Source: the human T2T-CHM13v2.0 reference genome, Homo sapiens
Length of the DNA: 64,000 nt
Direction: 5' to 3' (one strand)
NCBI RefSeq assembly: GCF_009914755.1
Contig: NC_060926.1
The notes beneath the pieces are model-generated. The model worked only from the letters and a program-made list of their open reading frames with translations, searched no databases and was not told the origin of the DNA. Positions 35,592 through 50,887 of this stretch are shown here, one piece after another (position 1 is the first letter of the stretch; each line of letters begins with the position of its first letter). Made by a program: the position numbers and the translations under genes.

Positions 35592-36766
35592 GTAAGGGCC
35601 AGCCATGGTATCTGACGCCTGTAGTCCCAGCACTTAGGGAGGCAGAGGCAGGAGGATTGCTTAAACCCCAGAGTGATCGCACCACTGCACTCTAGCCTGG
35701 GAGACAGAGCTGTCATGTGGCAATTAGCAATAATAGTAGATACTTACATTTATTGACCTGAAAAGGTTATTGTTAAATGAACAGTGCAGGTTACAAAGCA
35801 GCATGTATAGGATGTTTCCATTTTGTAGATCTGCTGTATCTGTTTTTGTATATGTGCACAGAAAGCTTTGGAATTATAGATAATAACATGTTAATAATGA
35901 TTATGTCGTGGATTTAAAATTTCAGTTATTCATTAGGGGGACATAATGTAATTATCTTTATTTCTCTATAACTGAACTCATTTTGGCTCATGAGCCCTCA
36001 AAACATATTATTTCCATTTCGGAGTAACTCATTCCCTTCTTAATACTCAGCCTCTCTTGGCTGACTAACCACTGAATCCTCTTTCCCCTTTCCCTGGGAA
36101 TGATTTACAGATTGCCCTGCGGTGAGGAGAGGCACTGGGGACTAAGCATTCCCTGGCCATCCAGGTCTCTCTGGAGTGTCTCTCGTCTTGCCTGATCATC
36201 ATCTTCTTGTGCCATCACTGCTACACATCTGATTTCTGCTCATCTCAAGATCCACTAAATCTGTCACAGATTCATCCCCAACCGTGGGCTCTTACGGGTG
36301 CACCATCTTGTCCAGAGCCAATTCTGACTGCCTCTCGGTCTGTGGGTTGAGGTTGCTCTTCTGCAACCACATCACACTGGGAACACTCTGTGAGGCAGAC
36401 CTCAGGCCAGCTGCCTAGCTCCATCCCTCAGGCTAGCGTCCTCACCCTTTCTGATGTCCTGTGAGAGGCAGGCTTCTCTTAGAAGCCCACACCCTGGAAA
36501 GTGAAGAATAAGTCCCCTCCTCTTGGGCTATAATCCCTCCTGGGACTTCTCTTCCCCCAACTTCCTAAGGGCAGAGGTGCAGGATGTTGGACACTTCTCA
36601 GGGACCCTAGGAGTCTCAAGTGTAGCCACTTCCTGCCAATTCTGTCCTCCTACCAGCTAGTCAACTCTTTTTTAAAATTATTTATTTATTTGTTTTTGAA
36701 ATAGGATCTCTCTGTGTCACCCAGGGTGGAGTGCAGTGGCATCATCACGGCTCACTGCAGCCTTGA

Positions 36767-37077
<311 letters not shown>

Positions 37078-37395
37078 TAACCTCAAGTGATCCACCCACC
37101 TCAGCCTCCAAAAGTGCTAGGATTACAGGTGTGAGCCACCATGCCCAGCCAAATTTTTATATTTTTTATAGAGATGGTGTTTTGCCACGTTGCCCAGTCT
37201 GGTCTTGAACTCCTGGGCTCAAGTGATTCACTCACCTCAGCCTCCCAAAGTCTGCCAATTCTTGACCTCCTTTTGAATGAAGCCGCCTTTTTCATTATCA
37301 GGCACTCATTCCCACTCATATTTTTGGGATAAACTATTAATGCCTCCAGTTCTTCAAACATTGGCTCTTCATTGTCTCAATCAAACTTTTTTGTT

Positions 37396-37401
37396 TTTAT
37401 T
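37396..37401 (-). terminator. SFTPB: Candidate distal SFTPB poly(A) signal (long 3' UTR)
   Basis: AATAAA on minus strand; agrees with my recollection of a longer annotated 3' UTR, not verifiable here. Confidence 0.5.
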
Positions 37402-37698
37402 TTTTTAAATTTAAAACACCCTTTTCTCTCAGAGAGTTGGATTTTGTAATGGAAACAATGGCTTTAAGGACAGTAGTTAGCTATAGATTTACAAATGTCT
37501 ACTTAAAATCCAGGAGCCAATGAATTGTGTGTCTCATCCCCAGGCCCAAGAGCAGGCTGCATAGACAGCTCTTTCTGGCGCTTGAACGGTGGAGGTGTGG
37601 AGCCAGAGGCTGTGGGGAGAAGATGGAAAAAGCCCCAAGCTCAGTGTCAAAACACACACCCTGCCGTAGCTCTCTCCTGGGCTAGGTGGGATTGTGGG

Positions 37699-38204
37699 TG
37701 TCACATGCTTCCCTGTGAAGAGACTACCAAACAGGCTTTGTGTGAACAATAAAGCTTTTTAATCACCTGGGTGCAGGTGGGCTGAGTCCAAAAAGAGTCA
37801 GCAAAGGGTGGTGGGATTATCATTAGTTCTTGTAGGTTTGGGATAGGCGGTGGAGTTAGGAGCAATTTTTTGTGGGCAGGGGGTGGATCTTACAAAGCAC
37901 ATTCTCAATGGCGGAGAGAATATTACAAAATACCTTCTTAAGGGTGCGGGGGTGCGGGCGTGGGGTGGGTGGGGAGAATATTACAAAGCACCTTCTCAAG
38001 GGTGGGGAAGGTGTATTGTCACAAGGTCAATTGATCAGTTAGGGTGGGGCAGGAACAAATCACAATGGTGGAATGTCATCAGTTAAGGCAGGAACTGGCT
38101 ATTTTCACTTCTTTTGTGGATCTTCAGTTGCTTCAGGCCATCTGGGTGTATACGTGCAGGGCACAGGGGATATGATGGCTTAGCTTGGGCTCAGAGGCCT
38201 GACA
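37699..38204 (-). mobile_element. Solo HERV-H LTR (LTR7 family)
   Basis: Minus strand begins TGTCAGGCCTCTGAGCCCAAGCTAAGCCATCATATCCCC and ends ...TCTCTTCACAGGGAAGCATGTGACA. TG...CA termini and a perfect 5-bp TSD GTGGG (37694-37698, 38205-38209). Confidence 0.93.
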
Positions 38205-38535
38205 GTGGGTAATTTCCACTCTCTTTGTCTGTAGTTTCTGAATTTCTTACAAGAAACATGTATAAGAAATATGACAAAAGTTATTTTATAAATAAAGGGA
38301 CACTTCCAGGCATTTCAGTCTTTAAGAAAAGCTAAGGCTTGTTTGGCTTTTTGTTTATTTTTAGGTTTTTGGTGTCCTCATGACCTAACCTCATCCCAGT
38401 GAGTAGAGACTGGGAGGGGAGAGCAGCAGCTGGAGGGCAGGCTGGGAGCGCTTGTGAGGGAGAGGAGCTATGGACGTCTGCTTCTCTGCCAAGGGAGAGA
38501 GTGAGGTAGGCCTGGGCCCGCTGACTTCAGGGTGA

Positions 38536-38880
<345 letters not shown>

Positions 38881-38919
38881 ATACTGCAGCACTTTAAAGG
38901 ACGGTGTCTTTTTCTTTCT

Positions 38920-39740
38920 CATAAAAGAGAATAGGACTTTATTAGCATTGGTGCAGACATTGTATTACACAGGAATGGGTCCCTAGCTTGCACAACCCCA
39001 GCTGAGCTTTCAGCAGATAAATCACAGCAGAAATAGAATCACCCTAGGACTTTCAATCAAAAGCTGGAAGTCCACCTTACAGAAAGACAAAAAGAAACCC
39101 CTTTTTATATCTTAACAAAGCAATAGCTCTCAAGCAGCAGAGCATCTCGAGGAAGAAAGCTTGCCCGGTCGCCATCCCATCATGCCAGAGCGTGCAGTGT
39201 CCACCCTTGACTACGCTGGGGAATTGCTGATTTTTTGAAAAAGCTTAACTTAACAATTTCTGATGTCTATCTTTTAGAGTTCTGTATGTTCCCATTTTTT
39301 ATTCTTCTGAATTTTGAATTGCAAGTAGCTGTAAAATCCAATCTTTGAGTGCATGGGGGTGGGTGTGAGGCGGGGCTCAGCTTCAACCCCCTGTCCTGTA
39401 AAGCAGTGGCTGGTTTTTCCTGAGCCCAGCCCTGGGAGGTCGTGGTAGGTGTGGAGGCTGCAGAGCTCCTCCAGATGCTGCCCTCGCTGTGCCTCACACC
39501 AGAGAGGATGGAAGTGGGCTCTGGTGTCAGACTGTGGTTGAGCTGAGACAGACAAGGCCGACACAGGGCTGGGGGCCCGTGGTCCACCAGTGGAAGTGAC
39601 TGCCGAGGAAGGGCGGTGAGGAGGGCGGTGTGGGAGCTGAGGCTTCTTTTCAGCCTGGCAGCTGGCGAGGGCCAGGGAGCAGGGGAAGAGCCTGGTCACC
39701 ATGGTCCCAGAGCCCGTCTCACTTGGCTTTTCCTTTGCAG
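38920..39740 (-). other. SFTPB: SFTPB non-coding last exon (3' UTR), proximal poly(A) form
   Basis: Acceptor tcctcctcag|CTGCAAAGG at 39740; AATAAA (minus) at 38938-38943. The 3' end is approximate. Confidence 0.88.
38938..38943 (-). terminator. SFTPB: SFTPB proximal poly(A) signal AATAAA
   Basis: tttatt on + strand ~800 nt into the last exon, consistent with the known ~2-kb mRNA. Confidence 0.85.
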
Positions 39741-40179
39741 CTGAGGAGGATGAGGGCCAGAGAGGGACTGTGTGTATGTCCTGCCTGGGGACCCACAGCC
39801 AGGTGATAGCAGAGGTGGTTTGAAGCCCAGGCCTCCCACGCCAACCCACTGGTCTTGCTGTTTCAGCAGGGAAGGCCGGGAGCCCTAGGAGCTGGGGAAA
39901 GGCGACTGCCCGGGTCCTGGGTGACTCCCCACCCCCAGATCCCCAGCTGTCATCACTGGGGCAAGGACACATTAAACTGGTCCCTGTGGGTCAGGTCTGA
40001 GTGGGGGAGGACCTCCCCTCCCCACTGCCTCCCACAGGGGCTTGTGATGCAGGGTTTCAGGAACAGGGCTGGCTTCCCCGCCTCAGATGGAAGAAGTGGA
40101 CTTGGCTGTGAGCTCCAGGAGGGCAGGGCTCAGCCATAGCCCCTACCCTAGGATGTGGCCTGGCCACAGGCACCCACTA

Positions 40180-40812
40180 CTTTTTTTTTTTTTTTTTTGA
40201 GACGGAGTCTCACTCTGTCACCCAGGCTGGAGTGCAGAGGCGCAATCTTGGCTCGCTGCAATCTCCGCCTCCCAGGTTCAAGCAATTCTCCTCCTCAGCC
40301 TCCCAAGTAGCTGGGATTACAGGCGTGTGCCACCACATCTGGCTAATTTTTTTTTTTTTTTTTTTTTTTTTTAGTAGATACGGGGTTTCATCATGTTGGT
40401 AAGGCTGGTCTTGAACTCCTGACCTCAAGTGATCCACTCGCCTCGGTCTCCCAAAGTGCTGGGATTACAGGTGTGAGCCACTGCGCCCAGCAAAGAAATA
40501 CCTTTTTTTTTTTTTTTTTTTTCCTGAGACAGAGTTGTGCTCTGTTGCCTAGGCTAGAGTGCAGTGGCACGATCTCGGCACACCGCAACCTTCGCCTCCC
40601 AGGTTCAAGTGATTCTCCTGCCTAAGCGTCCTGAGTAGCTGGGATTACAGGCACCTGCCACCATGCTCAGCTAATTTTTAAAAAATATTTTTAGTAGAGA
40701 CAGGGTTTCGCCATGTTGGCCAGGCTAGTCTCGAACTCCTGACCTCAGGTGATCTGCCTGCCTCGGCCTCCCAAAGTGCTGGGATTACCGGCGTGAGCCA
40801 CCATGCCTGGCC
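40180..40812 (-). mobile_element. Two tandem Alus in SFTPB intron 10
   Basis: Alu bodies 40180-40490 (expanded central T run) and 40503-40812. Confidence 0.88.
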
Positions 40813-41530
40813 TTACATTTTTTAAAATGAGGGAACAAATGAATAAATGACCACCATGTTAGGGGCTGGCTCTGAACAGAATTGTAAAGTGGGCCAAGCT
40901 TGCTCTCAAGGTCACCTTAAGCCCACGGTTGCTGTGTCCTGCCCTCTCAGGGTCATTTCCCAGCCTCCAGGCACCTGTTCACAGAGGCTGCATCTGGCCT
41001 CGCCTCCACCCCTCCATCCTAAGGTGCTCCGCTGACTTAGAACAGGACAGTCAGGGAGAGAATGTGTCTCAGGAGGGTGGAGTCAGATGATCACGGCCTT
41101 CCTGGCATCTGAGGGGATACAGCTTCGGGTAGCAAAGTGTGATTTTCCCTGAGCCCCAGGAAAGCTTGGCCTTGGTCAGAATACATTGAACCCTGAGGGC
41201 CAGAGAGTCCCTGGGGCAAGCTCTGAGAGGGAGGCCTGGGACAGGGCAGGGCGGGGGGTTGGGGGGGAAGCTGGGGGTTGGGCACTCAGTGACTGGGGTT
41301 CTGGGCGGGGCAGTGCTCGGGGTCCGGAAAGGGTGTTTTCCTGATGGCCAGCCAGAAGCCCTCAGGAGCCTCCAGCTGTGCGGTGAGAGGGAGGATGGAG
41401 CAGCCGGCAGGAGTGGCCGCCTCTTCCTGCTTGGGGAGCAGAAGGGCCTCCCATGCCCTGATGGTCAGGACCTGCCCCCTTACCTCCCCGCAACTGGGGG
41501 CCTGGACTCACCTGGACAGCTGAGTTCTCA

Positions 41531-41593
41531 TCAAAGGTCGGGGCTGTGGATACACTGGAGAGGGCTGGACATGGTCCCACACACCCCGAGGGC
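41531..41593 (-). CDS. SFTPB: SFTPB exon 10 coding part (stop TGA 41531-41533; exon continues to 41512)
   Basis: tgacag|GCCCTC...; ALGVCGTMSSPLQCIHSPDL*, tandem TGATGA; donor CAG|gtgagt at 41511. Total CDS 1146 nt = 381 aa. Confidence 0.98.
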   Translation of the reverse strand, partial: ALGVCGTMSSPLQCIHSPDL

Positions 41594-42017
41594 CTGTCAC
41601 AGGGACAGCACCAGGGCTGAGGCCTGGGCCCCCTCAGCTCCCCACACCCAGCTCTTCCGGGAAAGAACAGCACTCACTCCACCTCCCGCCTAGTGGGTGC
41701 TACCAGTGTGACTCTGTAGACCCCTCGGGCCACTCCCTGAGCCACAGGCCTTAGGGTTTAGAGCCTGAGGAGGTGAGATGTTCACTCCAGAACACCCACT
41801 TTGTACCCCCACCCCACCAGCACACACTGGCCAGGGAACACAGCCCCATCCTATAATGGACATCCAGCCGCACTCCTCAGGCCATCCCTCCCTTCCCATC
41901 CCCCTTTTCCATGCTCTCATGATTTTTTACACTGAAACAGAGAGGGGTGCCTCCCAGTCCCTGGCCCGTGCACCTGGGACCACCTTGGACCCAGGGGAGT
42001 GAGGCCTCTGAGGATCA

Positions 42018-42287
<270 letters not shown>

Positions 42288-43403
42288 TCACGGAACACCT
42301 CTGGCTGCAGTTGAAACCCTTAACAAACTGGAGCCAGCTGAAATGGAGGACTTCCATCAGAAAAGCAGGCGACACTGGAGACGGAGGACTCAGGCAGAGG
42401 GGTGGAATCTCAGCCACCACCCTCCCCTCCCTCCACCTCCATTTCAGTTCTAGAAGGAAACTTAACGTTCATCTGGTCCTTGAGACCAGATGTGATGGGC
42501 AGTCGGGAGGCTTGGGAGTTGCTGAGCAGGGAGCACAGTGTGGACAGCTGCCTCCTGGGAAGAGCATCAGCTGGCTTTCCTCAGGACAGGATCTCGCTTT
42601 AAGAAGGGAATTTCCTGTCCGGGTGCAGTGGCTTATGCCTGTAATCCCAGCACTTTGGGAGGCCAAGGCGGGCAGATCACTTCAGGTCAGGGGTTCGAGA
42701 CCAGCCTGACCAATATGGTGAAACCTTGTCTCTACTAAAAATACAAAAATTAGCCGGGCCTGGTAGCACATGCCTGTAATCCCAGCTACTCAAGAGGCTG
42801 AGGCAGGAGAATCGCCTGAACCCGGAGGCAGAGGTTGCAGTGAGCCAAGATTGTGCCATTGCACTCCAGCCTGGGCAACAAGAGCAAAACTCCATCTCAA
42901 AAAAAAAAAAAAAAAAAAAAAAAAGGGAATTTCCTGTCATTGACTGAGTATTGGCAAGGGCCCTAGGACCTTCAAGTCCAGCCCTCTCCTTTTGCCAATG
43001 GGTTTGTCCTGAGTGAGTCACACCTTGAGGAGTGTGGGGGCAGTAAAGGGATCAGGACCCTGGAGAGAAGGCTAGTCCCTTTCCTGGCTTGAACTGGCCC
43101 TAGCATTACTCATCTCCTGGTAGATAACCAGGCCTCTGAAGGCTTGCCTGGTGCTCACTCAGCCCGTGAAGAGGGCCTGCTGGTCCTCTGGAGCCCACAG
43201 CCCTTTGTCCAGAGGCGACTCCTAACCTTTAGCAGGCTCTGCCCTAACTTACAGTCCCACCATTGTCTGCCCCACATCCTGTCTGCCTGTCTGTGCTCCA
43301 TTCTGGCCCATCCTAGGTGTCTCTGGCTGCAAAGCCTTTCCTGGGCTCAGCCTTCTGCCTTGAACGGGCCCTGACCATGAGTCCCCATGTGCCCAGCCCA
43401 TAC

Positions 43404-43549
43404 CTTTTCCCTGTCCAGCCAGGAGCCAACACAGGCCTGGAGCATTGCCTGTGGTATGGCCTGCTCGCTGCTGTTCCCGGCCTGGGTGGTCACGGACATG
43501 CAGAGGTGGCACTCAGAGTCTCGCGGCAGCCATTCTCCTGTCGGCGACC
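43404..43549 (-). CDS. SFTPB: SFTPB exon 8
   Basis: ctccag|GGTCGCCG...GAAAAG|gtatgg, 146 bp; [48 protein letters not shown]. Confidence 0.98.
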
Positions 43550-43656
43550 CTGGAGATGTGAGCATTAGGGGGAAAGCAGGCAAGGCCACCCTACAGAGGT
43601 GTTTGGTTTCTGTCCTCCTTGGTGCATTGCAGTGGGACCACAGAGGGAGAGGGTCA

Positions 43657-43941
<285 letters not shown>

Positions 43942-44517
43942 TCACTTGGCAAGCCTCCACTCTCTGCCCAGCACCCAGCTGGGCACTTCCTACGCATTCC
44001 CTCATTCTCTTCTAGAAGGGAGGGCAAGGCTATTCACAAATAAGGACACTGGGGATCAGAGAGTCCAGGGGATGCAGGGGACTCACACAGGGTCACTGAG
44101 TGTAGGAGCCAGCTTCAGACCTACGTCTGGCCCCAAAGGCTCTGGCCCACAGCTAGTGACTCTCAGACTGACATGGTGGACCTGACCTTCCCCCAATGCT
44201 TGGGATTCAGCTGCTTGCCTGACTCTCCTCTCCTGCACTTCACACAGGCATCTTGAACTCAACATGGCCAGGAGGGAGCTCTCTGTTTTTTTGCTCAAAC
44301 CTGTTTTCTTCTTTAGTCTCCCCATCTCAGCTGCTGGCATTACAGAGGGCTGGTTGCTCTGGCCAGTGTGTAAAAGTCACTTTGGAGTCCTCCCTGGTCC
44401 TCACGCTCCAGGCCCATCCATGCCCAATAGCAGTGGGCCCACCTCCCAAATGCATCCCCAGGCCAGCCCTCAGCTCCGTCCCTGTCCCATCACCTCTCAC
44501 TGCAATCTCTGCAGTGA

Positions 44518-44880
<363 letters not shown>

Positions 44881-45127
44881 TAGCCCTGGGCTGGCGGGGC
44901 CATTGGACAATAGCCACTGCAGGTCTGGAAGACTCCAAGTTGGACTCAGGCAAGGATGGGGAATCTATCTGTGGAAATTCCCCTCTTGAAAGATCAAAGC
45001 AACCTTTCTACAGAGACCTCTGGGGATCTTTCTCCATCAGATGGTGAGCTGCTGGAGGACAAAGCTGCGTCTTGTCCGTTTTTGTACTTTGGCTCCTGGC
45101 GTGGCACCTCCATACAGTGGGGGCTTA

Positions 45128-45448
<321 letters not shown>

Positions 45449-45561
45449 TCAGGTGGAGGCCAGGCTGGGTGCTGGGAGAAGAGTCCTCCAGGCTCTCCTC
45501 CCCTCTCTCTTCCTCCCTTTCTCTCCCTCCTCCCTTAGGCCCTGCCTGGAGCTTCCTATCA

Positions 45562-45957
<396 letters not shown>

Positions 45958-46210
45958 CTAGTGGGGGTGCTGTGGTTTAGAACTCTATGTGGGGGGACAA
46001 AAGGCAAAGATAGGGCTGTGTGGGGACTTTAGGGCAGGTGGCCGGGATTGTGTGTGAATGAGCATGAGCATATATGTGAGAATGAATAAGTGTGTAAGCA
46101 TGTGTGTGAGAGTGAGGGTGTAAGGGTGTGTGAGCGTACAGGCCCACCGTGTGCACCTGAACCTGGGGGCCCATGGTCGGGTGCATGGCTGAAGGGCACG
46201 TAGTTTCCTA

Positions 46211-46819
<609 letters not shown>

Positions 46820-47095
46820 TCAGCTGGGCCTCTCTGAGGTCTACCCCGCCCAAGTCCCTGGACACAAGGCCCCACCAGGGCAGACTGACCCCTAATCCCC
46901 CAGGGTGCTGGAGTTCACGAGTGCCAAGGAGTTAAGTAGTTGGGCACATGTAGGGGCCCTTCCCCTCAGGGAAGACCATCTCTGGCTGTGCTATTGAGCT
47001 CAGGGCCATGACCTGCTCCCAGCCAGGAGGAGCTGGGACTTCCCAGGCACCCAGGCCTCCTCCTCAGCCTGGAAATGGCCCCTTTAGGGGGCTCA

Positions 47096-47640
<545 letters not shown>

Positions 47641-47698
47641 TATGGGGGCTCCACTCTCCTCCTGCCCATCCAGAGCCCACCCAGCACCCTTCATTTCA

Positions 47699-47890
<192 letters not shown>

Positions 47891-47979
47891 TCAGGATCCA
47901 GGCTACACACCTGGCATCATGATTTCACCCACCCTCTAGACCCAGTTTTGCTGGGAGTGTGAGGCCATTAAACATGTGG

Positions 47980-48281
<302 letters not shown>

Positions 48282-48372
48282 TTATAGCTGGGCGGGGCGT
48301 GGGGGCTCTGTAGGAGTGGCAGCGACCTCAGTGTTTGTCTTTGCTCTGAAGAGCCCTCCAGGTGCTTGATCC
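48282..48372 (-). promoter_or_regulatory. SFTPB: SFTPB proximal promoter: TATA-like (CTATAA), GC box, FOXA site, NKX2-1 sites
   Basis: TATAA 48282-48286; GGGCGGGG ~48290-48297; TGTTTGT forkhead site 48332-48338; CTGGAG/CAAG-type TTF-1 sites 48345-48370. Matches the established human SP-B promoter layout. Confidence 0.88.
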
Positions 48373-48583
48373 CACCTTTTCCCAGCAGGAACACTCCTGC
48401 CTGCCTTACCACCTGTCCTGGCTGATGGCCTGTTCCTGCCTCCTTTGCCCCCTGCCCAGACTCCCATGTTCCTGGACTTGTGGCTTCCTCCAACCAGGGG
48501 CTCTCAAGCCTCCATACCTGGTCCCACCTCTCCAGGCCGTGGGAGGGAGGTTGAGGAGGGTGGAGGGCATCTGGTTGGGGGCA

Positions 48584-48692
48584 GCCTGGGTGTTCCCCTC
48601 CCATCCCCTCCCTGGGCCTCCCAGGCCCCCTCTACTCTTGAGCAATGCTCTTGAGAGCTTCCTGCCTGGCTCTTAACCCAGGGCAAGCCCTG
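48584..48692 (-). promoter_or_regulatory. SFTPB: SFTPB upstream enhancer with clustered NKX2-1 sites
   Basis: Two CTCAAG sites on the minus strand (48637-48642, 48650-48655), about 390 bp upstream of the TATA-defined start. Corresponds to the known TTF-1/RAR enhancer. Confidence 0.75.
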
Positions 48693-48729
48693 GAAGGGCA
48701 GACCCAGGACACTCTCACCACCTCCTTAC

Positions 48730-48797
48730 CTTTTCCCCTGGAAAAATCTTCTGGTTCTATGGACACATGGTTTGCATTAGTCAGAAGAGCATTTACA
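48730..48797 (-). other. SFTPB: SFTPB upstream alternative non-coding first exon
   Basis: Strong donor AAG|gtaagg at 48729 and acceptor ctcctacag|AGCCC at 48307; splicing brings the in-frame ATG at 48275 into the mRNA. The 5' limit comes from my recollection of the RefSeq leader. Confidence 0.65.
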
Positions 48798-49228
48798 CAA
48801 AACAGAAAACAAAATACCCTGAGTCAGAGACAAGATTTCTGTGGCCCTGGAGTGGCTCCCAGACAGCCCTATACAGGAGGTGCTGCCCATGGCCCCTGGG
48901 GACCCCTCCAGGGTAGGGGCTGGGGCATAGCTGCGATGGTTCAGCAGAAAGAAACTGTCCTCTGCAGCTGCAGGGGCTCTCAGGCAGGGCCCCCACTGGC
49001 AGAGCACACTGGAGAAAAAGCTCACAGGCTGAGGGAGACAGAGGATATCTTGAGTGGAAGAAAGAGAGCATTAGCACATTGCCACCACCCCAGCCATTGT
49101 GATCAATTTATCTGATCTCTGCAGGAGCCCTCTCCCTAGTGGAGGCTCACAGGCCTCTATACTCGGGAAGCACTACAGTGCTTTTGTGGGTGGACGGGCA
49201 GGAATTAGTACCATGATGAAAAGAGATG

Positions 49229-49629
49229 GGGCTGGGTGTGGTGGCTCACTCCTGTAATCCTGGCACTTTGGGAGGCCGAGGAGGGAGGATCCTTTGAGCC
49301 CTGGAGTTTGAGACCAGCCTGGCCAATATAGTAAGACTCCATAACTACAAAAAAATTAAAAAATTAACCTTGTGTGGTGGTGCATGTCTCTGGTCCCAGC
49401 TACTCAGAAAGCTGGGGCAGGAGGATCGCTTGAGCCCACCAGGTCGCGGCTGCAGTGAGCCATGATTGCACCGCTGCACTCTGGAATGGGAGTGTGAGGC
49501 CATTAAACATGTGGCCATTAAACATGTGACTGAGCTGAGGGTGTCCTGGCTCCTGGTCCCTGGGATGGGCAGTCTCCTGACACCATGTTGGCCAGGTAAC
49601 ACTCTGTCTCAAAAAAAAAAAAAAAAAAA
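49229..49629 (+). mobile_element. Old (AluJ-like) Alu carrying a non-Alu insertion in its right arm
   Basis: Alu head ggctgggtgtggtggctcac, AluJ-type gaggatcgcttgagccc, A-tail to 49629; 49481-49600 is not Alu-colinear. Confidence 0.88.
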
Positions 49630-50317
49630 GAATTAGATACAAGGTGGCTAATGCCACACTCAAGGTTACCCAAGGATTTATGTAGTTTCTGTTGGCCTCA
49701 AGTCCTTGTCAGTACAACAAACACAGCTGCCATCATGGGAGTCCACCAAGACTGTGTAAAAATGAGTAACCAAAGACTGGGAACTGAGTGACCTTGGTAG
49801 AACCTCAGGAAGGTGGAACTGAAACGTGCTTGTTATTCAGTATGTATTAAACAAATCAGCGAGTGGTATCTCGTTTGAATACAATCAGGACAGGCTGCGC
49901 AAGAGAGTGGGGATTTGTGGCTGGCTGCCTCCAGGGGCGTATTGGTCAGGGTGGTCCCACTACCATAACAGAGAGCCCTCCAGTCTATGGGCTTCATGCA
50001 AGTTTCTTTTTCTTTTTTTTTTTGTTTTTTGACATGGGGTCTCACTCTGGCGCTCAGGCTGGAGTGCAGTGGCGTGATCTTGGCTCACTGCAACCTCTGT
50101 CTCCCAGGCTCAAGTGATCCTCCCACCTAAGTCTCCAGAGTAGCTCGGACCACAGGCATACGCCACCACGTCTGGCTAATTTTTTTCTATGATATTTTTG
50201 GTAGAGACAGGGTTTTGCCATATTGCCCAGGCTCGTTTCGAACTCCTGAGCTCAGGTGATCCACCCACCTCAGCCTCCCAAAGTGCTGGGATTACAGGCA
50301 TAAGCCACTGTGCCTAG

Positions 50318-50453
<136 letters not shown>

Positions 50454-50479
50454 TAGCTGGGGAGTACAGGCACCCGTGA

Positions 50480-50887
<408 letters not shown>

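Noticed and set aside
39274-39972. 232-aa minus-strand ORF overlapping the SFTPB last exon
   Set aside because: Spans the intron/3' UTR boundary, GC-rich, non-ATG start, no recognisable domain.
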